Source of the DNA: Pyrodictium occultum
GTDB taxonomy: Archaea; Thermoproteota; Thermoprotei_A; Sulfolobales; Pyrodictiaceae
Reading direction: 5' to 3'
DNA length: 32,000 nucleotides
Assembly: GCF_001462395.1 (NCBI RefSeq)
Contig: NZ_LNTB01000001.1
Span: 1,380,001 to 1,412,000, forward strand
The position numbers and the translations under genes are program-made. Of this stretch, positions 16,262 through 25,499 are shown one piece after another. Position 1 is the stretch's first letter, and the number at the start of each line of letters is the position of its first letter. The notes beneath the pieces were generated by a model. The model was not told the DNA's origin, ran no database searches, and saw only the letters and a list, made by a program, of their open reading frames with translations.

Positions 16262-16637
16262 CCCGGGAGGCTCCGGGCGCTGTAGGAGGGCTCTGAGAGC
16301 CTTGGAGTGCAGGGAGCTCCTTGAGGGCGTGTGCTCCAGGCTGGTCTACTGCAGCAGGGACATGGTTGTCGTTGAGACCCTCGTGAAGAGGGGTGTGAGG
16401 GTGCCGAGGCACAGCCACGAGGGGGTGCAGGCCACCTTCGTGATACGGGGGAGGCTCCTCCTGGGAGTCGAGGGCCGGGGGGCCGAGGAGCTGGGCCCCG
16501 GCAGCTACAGGGTGATACCGCCGGGCGTCCCGCACTGGGCCGAGGCGCTCGAGGACAGCCTCGTGGTGGACGTTAACGCGCCCGCAACCCCCGACCGGCT
16601 GGAGCTGGCTAGGAGGCTCGGCGCCGGCTGCGGGTGA
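16236..16637 (+). CDS. Cupin-domain protein
   Basis: VPRHSHEGVQATFVIRGRLLL...YRVIPPGVPHWAEA is a cupin two-motif pattern. The likely start is TTG at 16305 (LECRELLEG...), giving about 110 aa. Confidence 0.65.
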   Translation: MPQGPTLITPGGSGRCRRALRALECRELLEGVCSRLVYCSRDMVVVETLVKRGVRVPRHSHEGVQATFVIRGRLLLGVEGRGAEELGPGSYRVIPPGVPHWAEALEDSLVVDVNAPATPDRLELARRLGAGCG

Positions 16638-16911
16638 GGCGCGCCAGGGCTACAGCGGAGGCGAGGCTCGCCAGGCTGGAGGCGGCGGCGTAGGCGAGGG
16701 CCTCGAGCACCACGAGGACTGGGCTGCGGGAGCCCCCGCGGAGCGCCGAGCCCGCCTCCAGGCCCACGAGGAAGACGAGCAGGTACACCAGGGCCTCGAT
16801 GAGCCGCCCTACGTGCCGCGACACGCGGCTGTAGATGCCCAGCCTCTCGAGGGCCAGGCCCAGCAGCGCCCCGGCCGCGAGAGCCAGGGGGAGGAGCAGC
16901 AAGAGGGCCAC
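16609..16911 (-). CDS. Small DUF340/LysO-like membrane protein
   Basis: 100 aa with three hydrophobic segments (MALLLLLPLALAAGALLG...LVYLLVFLVGLEAG...). It resembles the short N-terminal partner often found beside DUF340 proteins. Confidence 0.45.
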   Translation of the reverse strand: MALLLLLPLALAAGALLGLALERLGIYSRVSRHVGRLIEALVYLLVFLVGLEAGSALRGGSRSPVLVVLEALAYAAASSLASLASAVALARLTRSRRRAS

Positions 16912-16914
16912 CCT

Positions 16915-17634
16915 TTAGGGCGCGTGCGCCACCCTGCCGCAGGCCTGCCAGCCGAGGAGCCCCAGGAGCCTCTGCACCTCCCCGACAGCCTCCCCCAGCC
17001 GCTCCGCGGGGACCCCCGGCACCCCGGCCGCGAGGACCAGCACGCACCGGGTCTCGGGCCTGATCATCGTCTCCCTGCTGTCCCGGTGCGGGTAGAGGTG
17101 CATCACCACGCCCCGGGAGTCCACCATTACGGGGACCCCTTTCTCCAGCCTCTCCGGCTCCCCGCCTATGGGGTTGAACAGCTCGCCTCCCCTCGAGAGG
17201 GTTATCCTCGCCGGCGGCTGGAAGCGCTCCGCGTCGTAGAGGCCTATCGGCACCATGAGCCTGGCCGAGGCTATGTTGCCGGCGTCGACCACCGGGTTGA
17301 CCCTGGGCCAGCGGCCCCGGAGGGCGCGGCGCACCAGGGCCTCGCTGCTCGGCCGGGTCTTGGTGGGGTCTATGCCTATCCTCCAGTAGAAGTCCCTGTA
17401 AGCCCTCACCAGCGGCTCCCCGCGGAGCGCCTCGAGGCTGTAGCGCCCGGCCAGCTCGTGGAGCAGCTTCTCCTCCTCAGCCCGGAGGGGCCCGGGGCTC
17501 AGCTCCCCGACGGGCCTGCCCCAGGAGAGGCTGTAGGCCACCCGGGCCCCGAGCCCCCCGGCCTCCTCATCCACCTCAACCAGGCTGTCGAGGCTGCTGC
17601 AGAGCCCGGCGCAGTCATCCATGCCCGCGGCCAC
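16915..17634 (-). CDS. B3/B4 tRNA-binding-domain protein (PheRS beta-subunit B3/4-like, stand-alone)
   Basis: 239 aa. VRAYRDFYWRIGIDPTKTRPSSEALVRRALRG..PRVNPVVDAGNIASARLMVPIGLYD is the typical B3_4 core. Confidence 0.75.
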   Translation of the reverse strand: MAAGMDDCAGLCSSLDSLVEVDEEAGGLGARVAYSLSWGRPVGELSPGPLRAEEEKLLHELAGRYSLEALRGEPLVRAYRDFYWRIGIDPTKTRPSSEALVRRALRGRWPRVNPVVDAGNIASARLMVPIGLYDAERFQPPARITLSRGGELFNPIGGEPERLEKGVPVMVDSRGVVMHLYPHRDSRETMIRPETRCVLVLAAGVPGVPAERLGEAVGEVQRLLGLLGWQACGRVAHAP

Positions 17635-17680
17635 CCGGGGCCGCCGGCGTGAGGAGGGGGCTTAAAAAGGGGGCCCGGGG

Positions 17681-17952
17681 CTAGCCCAGCTCCTTGCCGC
17701 AGTCGAGCTTCTCCACGAGTATCCTGCAGGCCGGAGGCTTCACCGACTCGTCGAGGTAGACCACGTAGTCATACCTCTCCGCGTGGCCCCGGCTATGCTC
17801 TGGCAGAGCCTCCTCTTCTCCCCGGGGCTTGTGAGCCACCTGCTCCGGTAGCCGAGGCCCCTTATCAGCCCCGAGACAAGGGCTACGGGGAACACCCTTA
17901 CTATCGGTACCTCGTCGACGAGCTTGAACAAGTTGCACTCGCCCGTCTCCAT
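17681..17952 (-). CDS. Small hypothetical protein, possibly frameshifted
   Basis: Two overlapping ORFs. METGECNLFKLVDEVPIVRVFPVALVSGLIRGLGYRS... is in one frame and ...VAHKPRGEEEALPEHSRGHAERYDYVVYLDESVKPPACRILVEKLDCGKELG* in the next. They could join near the CCCCGGGG run at about 17820-17827. No family recognised. Confidence 0.3.
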
Positions 17953-17968
17953 GTAGTAGCGGCCCTGC

Positions 17969-18382
17969 TCATCCCTCCCTATATCGGAATATCTCTATAC
18001 CCAGCGGTGAGAGCTTGGCCGCTGCATCGTGGTGGCAGACCCGGCTCTGCTCAAGCAGGTCGTCCAGGGTCTCCAGCCTCGCGCCGCGGGCCCTGGCCGC
18101 TGCTTCCTGCACGTGGAAGCTCTTGTATATAGCCTCCTCAACCATGTTGCCAAGCTGCATCATGCCGGCCCGGAGCCCCATACTCCGGTAGAGGTGGGCT
18201 GCAGCTTCAACAACCACGTTGCGGAAGTAGGTCATATACACCATGAGCCAGTATGCCGCGGCCTCCGGGTTCTTCACCGCCGCCTCGAGTAGCTCCGAGG
18301 CCAAGCCCGCGCCCGGCCCCATGCCCACCCTCTTCTCCCCAGAGCCGCTCCTGGAGCTCAAGATGCACACCTCCCCAGTCAC
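17969..18382 (-). CDS. Hypothetical protein
   Basis: 137-aa ORF with high GC3. The probable start is the internal M21 (MGPGAGLASELLEAAVKNPEAAAYWLMVYMTYF...). No recognisable motif. Confidence 0.4.
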   Translation of the reverse strand: MTGEVCILSSRSGSGEKRVGMGPGAGLASELLEAAVKNPEAAAYWLMVYMTYFRNVVVEAAAHLYRSMGLRAGMMQLGNMVEEAIYKSFHVQEAAARARGARLETLDDLLEQSRVCHHDAAAKLSPLGIEIFRYREG

Positions 18383-18653
18383 GGTATTCGTCGGAGGCTC
18401 GACCAGGGCGATGCGTAGGGCTACGCTACTAAGTAGATAACATATCTAGCTCGAAAGTGCATTCCGAGAACCTCGTATAGCTGGCTAATAGACTAAATGC
18501 TTTTCCGAGCTTATCATGGTGAACGAGTCTACTACGACATGCCGAGGCTCCGGGGGCTCTTAGGCTGTGCATGCATCCGGCGGGTAGGGGCTGTGGACAA
18601 GCGTATCCCGGAGGCCTGGGAGCCCTGGCTTTCCCAGGGGTGTCTGCACGGCT

Positions 18654-18884
18654 ATGACGTGTGTGGCGAAGCGCGTCGCTGCGCTCTTCACCGGCAGGAG
18701 GGGCTTGATGGTCGGCTTCGTGCTGGTCACGCTCCTCTACCTGGGCTCGCTCCGCGGCGTCTTCGACGCGGGGAGGCTGCTGCCCGGGGGCATGGAGGCT
18801 GTGGTCTGGGCTATGGCTGCCGCGGTTACCCTGCTCTACCTGGTGGCCCTGGCTTTCACCATCCGGCTGGGGAAGAGCATGTGA
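18654..18884 (+). CDS. Small two-TM membrane protein (hypothetical)
   Basis: 76 aa with two hydrophobic helices (LMVGFVLVTLLYLGSL, AVVWAMAAAVTLLYLVALAF). This frame has G/C at nearly every third position, unlike the overlapping Arg-rich ORF 18497..18928. Confidence 0.45.
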   Translation: MTCVAKRVAALFTGRRGLMVGFVLVTLLYLGSLRGVFDAGRLLPGGMEAVVWAMAAAVTLLYLVALAFTIRLGKSM

Positions 18885-19004
18885 AGACTCCGGAGGAGGC
18901 TGAGGCGTTTTTACAAGAGGTGTTGTAAAGTGGGCTGAGAGCTACAGATAGCGGAAACAGTTATATTCAGCCTGCTGGCGGGCGTCGGCGCGTTTGGGAG
19001 CCCG

Positions 19005-20024
19005 GTGCCGGTACACGTAGTTGTAGGCGGCTTCTTCGGAGACGAGGGGAAGGGCAGGGTAGCTGCCCACCTAGCCCTCGCCCGCCGGCCCTGGGCCTGC
19101 GCCCGCACCGGCGCGACCAACGCGGGCCACACGGTGGTGTACCAGGGCAGGGTCTGGAAGCTGCGGGCCACGCCGAGCGGCTTCCTCCACCCCAGGGCCC
19201 GGCTCTACATAGCCAGGGGCGCGCTCGTGGACCTGGAGGTCTTCCTCGCCGAGGCCGAGGCCCTGGGGCTGCAGGGCAGGATATGGCTCGACTACAACAC
19301 CGGGGTCATAACCCGGGATCACGTGGAGAGGGAGAGGAGCGACCCCCACCTGATGAAGACCATAGGCTCCACGGGCACCGGCGTGGGGGCCGCGATGGTT
19401 GACAGGGTGCTCCGCCGGCTCCGGCTCGCCCGAGACTACCCCGAGCTGAGGGGCTACCTGGCCGACACCCAGGCGGAGCTGCTCGACGCGCTCGACAGGG
19501 GCGAGCTGGTCCTGGTGGAGGCCTCGCAGGGCTACTGGCTCAGCCTCTACCACGGCACCTACCCCTACGTGACCAGCCGCGACACCACCGCCGCGGCTGC
19601 GCTGAGCGAGCTGGGCCTGGGCCCCAGGAGCGTGGAGCGGGTAACGGTCGTGCTCAAGGCCTACGTCACCAGGGTGGGGGGCGGCCCCCTGCCCGGCGAG
19701 CTGCCGCAGGATAAGGCCCTGGAGCTGGGCTGGGCCGAGTACGGCACCGTGACCGGTAGGCCGAGGAGGGTGGCCCCCTTCAACCCCGAGCTGGCCCGGC
19801 GCGCCGTCCGGGCCAACGCGGCCACAGACGTGGCCCTCACCAAGGTGGACCGGGTCTTCCCCGGCGCCAGGTGCAGGAGGCGCTGGGAGGACCTCCCCCG
19901 GGAGGCCAGGGCCTGGATAGAGGAGGTGGAGGACAAGCTCGGGGTCCCCGTCACGGTCATAGGTACGGGCGAGGACGTGGAGTGCACCATAGACCTCTCC
20001 AGGGAGAAGGGGGTGGAGGCCTAA
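19005..20024 (+). CDS. purA: Adenylosuccinate synthetase (short archaeal form)
   Basis: 339 aa. Motifs are GGFFGDEGKGRVAAHL, TNAGHTVV, IGSTGTGVGAAMVDRV, VEASQGYWLSLYHGTYPYVTSRDTT, VLKAYVTRVGGGPLPGEL and GTVTGRPRRVAPFN. GTG start, with a TTATATT box about 40 nt upstream. Confidence 0.9.
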   Translation: MPVHVVVGGFFGDEGKGRVAAHLALARRPWACARTGATNAGHTVVYQGRVWKLRATPSGFLHPRARLYIARGALVDLEVFLAEAEALGLQGRIWLDYNTGVITRDHVERERSDPHLMKTIGSTGTGVGAAMVDRVLRRLRLARDYPELRGYLADTQAELLDALDRGELVLVEASQGYWLSLYHGTYPYVTSRDTTAAAALSELGLGPRSVERVTVVLKAYVTRVGGGPLPGELPQDKALELGWAEYGTVTGRPRRVAPFNPELARRAVRANAATDVALTKVDRVFPGARCRRRWEDLPREARAWIEEVEDKLGVPVTVIGTGEDVECTIDLSREKGVEA

Positions 20025-21457
20025 TGCCCCGCTATGACGTGGCGATAGTCGGGGCCGGCCCCGCGGGGCTGTTCGCAGCCCTGGCCCTTGCCGGCGAGGC
20101 CGAGAGGGGCAGGCTCCGCGTAGCACTCATCGAGGAGGGGCTGCGCGCCTCGCAGCGGAGGTGCCCGCTCCGCGAGATAGGGGTGTGCCCCAACTGCAGG
20201 CCCTGCGCCATAATGCAGGGCGTGGGCGGGGCGGGCGCGCTCAGCAGCGGGATAATAAACCTGAGGCCCGACGTGGGCGGGGAGCTGCACCGGCTCCTGG
20301 GCAGCTGGGAGCAGGCGCAGCAGCTCATAGAGCTGGTTGACAGGGTGTTCCTCTACTTCGGCGCGCCCAGGGACAGGCTATTCGAGCCCGACCCCGCCAG
20401 GGTGAGGGAGCTGGAGAGGAAGGCTGTGAGGGCAGGGGCCAAGTTCATCCCGATAAGGCAGCGGCACATGGGCACGGACAACACCGTTAAGGTTATAGAG
20501 GCTATGACTGTCTACCTGGAGAAGAAGGGCGTGAGGCTCCACACCAGGACCAGGGTCGAGCACGTGGACCCCCGGCCCGGCGGGGGCTACACGCTCCGCA
20601 CCAGCCGGGGCGAGCTGGAGGCTGAGACGGTAATCCTGGCGCCCGGCAGGAGCGGGGCCCACTGGCTGGCCGGGGAGGCGAAGAGGCTGGGCCTCGACAC
20701 CGAGCCCGGCCCCCTCGACGTCGGGGTCAGGGTGGAGGTGCCCTACACGGTTATGGAGCCCCTCACAAGCGTGGTCTGGGACCCCAAGGTTATATTCCAC
20801 ACCAGGACCTACGACGACCGCGTGAGGACGTTCTGCACCAACCCCGGCGGCTTCGTCGTGAAGGAGGTCTACGGGGACGGCCTCGTAGGCGTGAACGGCG
20901 AGACCTTCGCCGCGAGACGCAGCATGAACACCAACTTCGCCTTCCTGGTGACCATAAAGCTTACTGACCCTATGGAGGACGCGCTGGAGTACGGCAGGAG
21001 CATAGCAAGGATGGCCACGAAGCTGGGGGGAGGCGAGCCCCTGGTCCAGAGGCTGGGCGACCTGCTGGCGGGCCGCAGGAGCACCCCGGAGAGGATAGAG
21101 CGCAGCGTCGTGGAGCCCACGCTGAAGGACGCTACGCCGGGCGATATAGGGATGGCGCTCCCGTACCGCGTGCTCACAGACATACTGGAGGGCCTGGAGA
21201 GGCTGGACGACCTGGCGCCGGGCGTCTGGAGCAAGCACACCCTGCTCTACGCCCCCGAGGTCAAGTACTACTCGCTCAAGGTCAAGGTGAGCACGCCGAC
21301 CATGGAGACCAGCCTCCCCGGCGTGTACGCCGCGGGTGACGGGGCGGGGCTGAGCCGCGGGATCAACGTGGCGGCCGCTACGGGCTACCTGGCGGCGCGC
21401 GGCGCCGCCGAGAGGCTGGGGGCGGAGGCCAGGCTCCCCGTGGAGGAGAGCGACTAG
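20024..21457 (+). CDS. FAD-dependent oxidoreductase-like protein (COG2509-type uncharacterised FAD-dependent dehydrogenase)
   Basis: The dinucleotide-binding start MPRYDVAIVGAGPAGLFAALAL lies at an ATG overlapping the purA stop (TAATG, 20022-20026). The C-terminal motif is GVYAAGDGAGLSRGI. The track ORF 19871..21457 extends upstream only because no stop intervenes. Confidence 0.75.
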   Translation: MPRYDVAIVGAGPAGLFAALALAGEAERGRLRVALIEEGLRASQRRCPLREIGVCPNCRPCAIMQGVGGAGALSSGIINLRPDVGGELHRLLGSWEQAQQLIELVDRVFLYFGAPRDRLFEPDPARVRELERKAVRAGAKFIPIRQRHMGTDNTVKVIEAMTVYLEKKGVRLHTRTRVEHVDPRPGGGYTLRTSRGELEAETVILAPGRSGAHWLAGEAKRLGLDTEPGPLDVGVRVEVPYTVMEPLTSVVWDPKVIFHTRTYDDRVRTFCTNPGGFVVKEVYGDGLVGVNGETFAARRSMNTNFAFLVTIKLTDPMEDALEYGRSIARMATKLGGGEPLVQRLGDLLAGRRSTPERIERSVVEPTLKDATPGDIGMALPYRVLTDILEGLERLDDLAPGVWSKHTLLYAPEVKYYSLKVKVSTPTMETSLPGVYAAGDGAGLSRGINVAAATGYLAARGAAERLGAEARLPVEESD

Positions 21458-21511
21458 GAGGCGGGCTGTAGGGGCCCGCGGCTCCAGGGGGCTCGCCGAG
21501 GGCGCCCGGCC

Positions 21512-22891
21512 ATGAGCGCTGACAGTGTCTGCGCGTTCGAGTGGCGGTACGGCAGCCCGGAGATGAGAGCCATAGTATCGCGCCGCGGCATTATCGAGAG
21601 GATGATCCGGGTCGAGGTGGCCCTCCTCGAGGCGCTGGCCGAGGCGGGGCTGGCCCCGAGGGAGGCCGCGGAGAGGCTCCGGGAGGCCGCCTCCAGGGTG
21701 CACCCGGAGGAGGTCTACGAGAGGGAGCGGGAGACCGGGCACGAGGTGATAGCGCTCGTTGAGGCGCTGGCAGAGAAGGCGGGGGGCGAGGCGGCCCGCT
21801 GGATCCACTACGGCGCGACGAGCAACGATATAGTGGACACGGCCTGGGCGCTGGTCCTCCGCGACGCCCTAAGGCTGCTCCTCGGCAAACTCTCCAGGTT
21901 GGTTCAGAGGCTCTCCCAGCTCGCCAGGGAGACCAGGGACGTGGTGATGATAGGGAGGACGCACGGGCAGCACGCGCTCCCCATAACCCTGGGGTTCAAG
22001 CTAGCCAACTACGTCTACGAGCTCGCCCGCAGCCGGGAGAGGATATGCGCCGCCGCCTCCAGGGCGGTGAGGGCTAAGATAGGCGGCGCTGTGGGCACCA
22101 TGGCCGCGTGGGGCGAGGCGGGGCCCAGGGTGCGGGAGGCCGCGGCGAGGAGGCTCGGGCTCGAGCCCCACGTCATAACCACCCAGGTGGCGCCCCGCGA
22201 CGGCTTCGCGGAGGTCGCAGCCGCGCTCGCTATCCTCGCGAGCCAGCTGGACCGCCTCGCCACCGAGGTCCGGGAGCTGGCAAGGCCAGAGATAATGGAG
22301 GTTTGGGAGGACCGTGCCGGCACCCTGGGGAGCAGCGCCATGCCCCACAAGGCGAACCCGGTCACGGCTGAGAGGATAAGCGGGCTGGCCAGGATAGCCA
22401 GGAGCCTCTCCACAGCCTTCCTCGAGAACATAGTCCTCTGGCACGAGCGCGACCTGAGCAACAGCGGCTCCGAGAGGGTGGCCATCCCCCACCTCCTGCT
22501 CACCCTCGACCAGATGCTGGAGGACACGCTGGCCCTGCTCGGCAGGCTCCGCTACAGCCCAGAGAGGATGAGGAGGAACCTGGAGCTGAGCCACGGGGCG
22601 GTAATGGCTGAGGCCCTCATGGGCCTGCTCATAAGGGAGCTCGGCATGAGCAGGCCGGAGGCCTACAGGCTCGCGAAGAAGCTCTCGGAGGAGGCGGCCT
22701 CCACCGGCAGGCCCCTCCACGAGCTAGCGGCGAGCCACCCCGCGCTGGCCGGCCGAGTGCCCCCGGAGAGGCTCCGGGAGATCCTCGACCCCCTGCGCTA
22801 CACGGGCTCGGCGGGGTGGCTGGTGGAGCAGGCGCTGGGCTACGCGGAGCGGGTGCTCCGGGCCCCCTGCCCGCCCCTCGAGGAGGGCTAG
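21512..22891 (+). CDS. purB: Adenylosuccinate lyase
   Basis: 459 aa. Motifs are YGATSNDIVDTAW, GRTHGQHALPITLG, and the fumarate-lyase signature GSSAMPHKANPVTAERI. Confidence 0.9.
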   Translation: MSADSVCAFEWRYGSPEMRAIVSRRGIIERMIRVEVALLEALAEAGLAPREAAERLREAASRVHPEEVYERERETGHEVIALVEALAEKAGGEAARWIHYGATSNDIVDTAWALVLRDALRLLLGKLSRLVQRLSQLARETRDVVMIGRTHGQHALPITLGFKLANYVYELARSRERICAAASRAVRAKIGGAVGTMAAWGEAGPRVREAAARRLGLEPHVITTQVAPRDGFAEVAAALAILASQLDRLATEVRELARPEIMEVWEDRAGTLGSSAMPHKANPVTAERISGLARIARSLSTAFLENIVLWHERDLSNSGSERVAIPHLLLTLDQMLEDTLALLGRLRYSPERMRRNLELSHGAVMAEALMGLLIRELGMSRPEAYRLAKKLSEEAASTGRPLHELAASHPALAGRVPPERLREILDPLRYTGSAGWLVEQALGYAERVLRAPCPPLEEG

Positions 22892-23462
22892 GGGACGACC
22901 TCGGTGGACTCCTCCAGCGGGTCGTAGAAGACGTCGCCGGGGCTCATGAGGCCCCTCCCAACCGCCGGCACCACCGTGGAGAGCACCACGTCTATGCTCC
23001 TCCTGGTCACCCGGTCCAGCTCCTCCAGCAGACCCCTGGGCCAGTACCCGCTCTCCATCCGGCCCCTCCACCGGTCCGTGACCCGCCGCCCGCTCCACCC
23101 CGTCTATGCTCAGCAGCACCCTGCCGAACCCGGCCCAGCACCTGTCCGGCAGCCTGCGGTAGAGCAGGCCATTGGCCTGGATCCCGAGCCGGGCCCCGGT
23201 AGCAGGTCCACAACCTCCATTATCATCCTGGGGTTGGGCAGCGGCTCGCCCCCGTAGAAGAACACCACCGGGCTCCTATCGAGCCTCTCAATGGTCTCCA
23301 CAAGCTCCCCGACACGGTACCGTGGGAGCGGCGGCACAACCTCCGCCGGGAACCCCGCAGTACCTGCAGCGCAGGTTGCAGCCGCCCATGGTAAGCACGA
23401 ACCAGAGCAAGGCCCCTCCAGGCCCGCCGGACGACCCGGGGGGCTATAGGGGCCGGGGCCAC
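22888..23462 (-). pseudogene. Small radical SAM protein, multiply frameshifted
   Basis: Readable only by hopping frames: LLWFVLTMGGCNLRCRYCG (CX3CX2C, about 23366-23392); EVVPPLPRYRVGELVETIERLDRSPVVFFYGGEPLPNPRMIMEVVDLLPG; ARLGIQANGLLYRRLPDRCWAGFGRVLLSIDGVERA; HDRWRGRMESGYWPRGLLEELDRV...EESTEVVP*. The shifts lie near 23338-23365, 23186-23200 and 23070-23085. Its stop (22888-22890) interlocks with the purB stop (22889-22891). Confidence 0.6.
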
Positions 23463-23480
23463 CCCAAACCCCGGGGGCCG

Positions 23481-24110
23481 CTAGCCGGCGGGCTGGCCCC
23501 GCTGCAGCACGTAGAGCACGACGCTATAGACGTTGAAGCCCGGCGTCAGCATGGCGGCCGGCGGCAGCCCCACCAGGAGCGCCGAGAGCGCGGCGGCGGC
23601 CGCGGCGCGGCCCCAGCCCCCGCCGGTGATCCTCCTCACCGCCCAGGCCAGGGCGGCGGCGGCAGCCGCCAGGGAGGAGTAGTAGCTAGCCACAACCACC
23701 AGCACCCCCGCGCGCCCCCCTCCCCCGGAGAGGAGCCAGGCGGGGGTAGCGGCGAGGGCCACGAGGGCGTGGGCAGGCGCGGTGTAGGCCGCGGCCACCA
23801 GCGCCCTCCTCCCGTCGAGGCCCCGGAGCCCGAGAAGCCAGGCGAAGAGCCACACAGCACCCATGTAGAGGAGCCACCGGGTGGCAGCGAGGACGGAGGC
23901 GAACACGGCAACCCTCGCGTAGTAGGCCAGGAGCCCCAGCCCCGAGAGGCCGTGAAGGCTGCCGGCCACCACGGCGTAGTGCAGGGCCTCGGCGAGCCAG
24001 AGCCCGAGCACTATGAGCACTAGGCCCCAGAGGCCGGTCCTACCCGCGAGCCGGCCCAGCGGGCCAGGACCCGCCGGCCCGCCAGCCGCTCCACCCTTCT
24101 CCCCGCTCAA
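23481..24110 (-). CDS. Multi-pass membrane protein (hypothetical, possibly Yip1-like)
   Basis: 209 aa, Ala/Leu-rich, with about 5 hydrophobic segments and high GC3. No catalytic motif seen. Confidence 0.5.
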   Translation of the reverse strand: MSGEKGGAAGGPAGPGPLGRLAGRTGLWGLVLIVLGLWLAEALHYAVVAGSLHGLSGLGLLAYYARVAVFASVLAATRWLLYMGAVWLFAWLLGLRGLDGRRALVAAAYTAPAHALVALAATPAWLLSGGGGRAGVLVVVASYYSSLAAAAAALAWAVRRITGGGWGRAAAAAALSALLVGLPPAAMLTPGFNVYSVVLYVLQRGQPAG

Positions 24111-24168
24111 CCCGGGGACACTCCCACACCAAGGCCATGGAGGCGCGCCGGGAGCCCGCCGGCCGGGG

Positions 24169-24456
24169 CTACAGCGGGCTCTCCCAGGGCACCTCCTCCT
24201 CGACCACCCTGCCGCAAACCCTGCGCGCCAGGATCTTAAGCCTCTCAGCGGCCTCCCGGTTCTCCCCCAGCCACGGCCTATAGAGGTGGATGCTGCAGGT
24301 ATCGCCGTGCACGTGCACCGTCGCCACGATCCTGCCCCCGCTCATGACCAGCATGCTTGAGGCATGCCTGGACACGTAGAAGCCCTCAGCATCCAGGAGC
24401 CGCTGAAGCCTCCAAGCAAGCCCTACCGAGGGGCTCAGAGCCGGGTACGCGTCCAC
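24169..24456 (-). CDS. Hypothetical small protein
   Basis: 95 aa, GTG start, strongly G/C-biased third positions. It is divergent from the pilin gene. ATAATTAA (24489-24496) is a TATA-like box upstream on its strand. Confidence 0.5.
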   Translation of the reverse strand: MDAYPALSPSVGLAWRLQRLLDAEGFYVSRHASSMLVMSGGRIVATVHVHGDTCSIHLYRPWLGENREAAERLKILARRVCGRVVEEEVPWESPL

Positions 24457-24730
24457 GAGGAGCCCCGCCGCAGCGGGGGCGCGGGGCCATAATTAACTGC
24501 TCCCACAGCCACAGTTGATAACCACAAACATATTATTATTCAGTTCAGTATGGCTGGAATACTATATGCCGGGACAAACCAGTAACACCGTGCCCCTGAG
24601 CGCTAGCACGCCCCCGAATGCTGTAGGGGATTGCCGCACATGATAGACCAGTCCAGTTTGGACAGACTAGTTTGACAAAATCCTAATAAACGACCGCCAT
24701 CCTCTATGCAGAGTTGGAAGTGAGGCTGCA

Positions 24731-25209
24731 ATGAGGCCCGAGAAGCCGCGCCTAAGAGGAGTATCCCCGGTAGTAGCGACGGCACTGCTAATACTCATAT
24801 CAGTGGTCACGGCAGCCCTCCTATACCTATGGGTAAGCGGCACCGTACAGAACGTGCCCCAGAACGCCAACCAGCTGCAGGAGCAGATCAAGATAGACGC
24901 GGTAGAATACACCAAGAACACAACCAGCAGCGGCACTTACTATAACTTCGCGGCACTTACTATAACTTCATGGCGTATGTGCGCAACGTCGGCCAGATAG
25001 CTGCAAGAATAAGCAGCGCCTACGTGATTAACGAGAACGGCACCGTGGCAGGCTCCTACACAACCCTTAACGTCACCATAGCGCCCGGCAAGGTGGAGAC
25101 CGTTACCATAAACAATGTGCCCGCCAACGAGCTTGGCAGAGTGGTGCAGATAAAGGTGGTAACCCAGGACGGTGTCGAGGCCACATACATCCTGACGCTG
25201 AGAGGCTAA
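24731..25209 (+). pseudogene. Archaeal type IV pilin-like protein (class III signal peptide), interrupted by a 20-bp tandem duplication
   Basis: The N-terminus MRPEKPRLRG|VSPVVATALLILISVVTAALLYLWV is a prepilin-peptidase (PibD/FlaK-type) site plus hydrophobic helix. ORF 24731..25000 ends prematurely. ORF 24970..25209 encodes the beta-rich C-terminal part (MAYVRNVGQIAARISSAYVINENG...VQIKVVTQDGVEATYILTLRG). Deleting one repeat copy restores a single 153-codon frame. Confidence 0.8.
24931..24970 (+). repeat. 20-bp tandem duplication (CGGCACTTACTATAACTTCG / CGGCACTTACTATAACTTCA)
   Basis: Direct comparison of 24931-24950 with 24951-24970 gives 19 of 20 identical positions, differing only at the last base. 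The length is not a multiple of 3. Confidence 0.95.
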
Positions 25210-25499
25210 AGGCAGGGCTAGGCAGCGGAGCCCCCGGGGGCAGCCTAAGCCCCTCCACAACGAGCCCCTCTTTCTCCCGGGGAGCCCCGGCCTCGCCTCC
25301 ACTACAACGCGCTCCACGTTCTACAGTGCTCTACCCGTTCTAGCTCTAGCCCCTATAGTGTGCAGCTCCCAGGGAGCCCTCCCTTCCAGCCAGGCAGCCG
25401 CACGATCCACGCTCCAGGCATCCATGCATGATCTACACGGCCTGGGGGAGAGCATTCTAAGCGAGTGGCCTGGCTGAACACTCTATAGCTTAGAGCTGG

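Noticed and set aside
18497-18928. 143-aa ORF starting in the A/T-rich spacer before purA.
   Set aside because: It is Arg/Gly-rich and lacks third-position G/C bias. The overlapping +1 frame (18654..18884) shows strong GC3 and two clean TM helices, so that frame was annotated instead.
23481-24110. Membrane protein next to the pilus locus, considered as the missing prepilin peptidase (PibD/FlaK).
   Set aside because: Aspartic prepilin peptidases need two conserved Asp motifs. This protein has a single Asp in a loop (RGLDGRR) and no GxGD-like motif.
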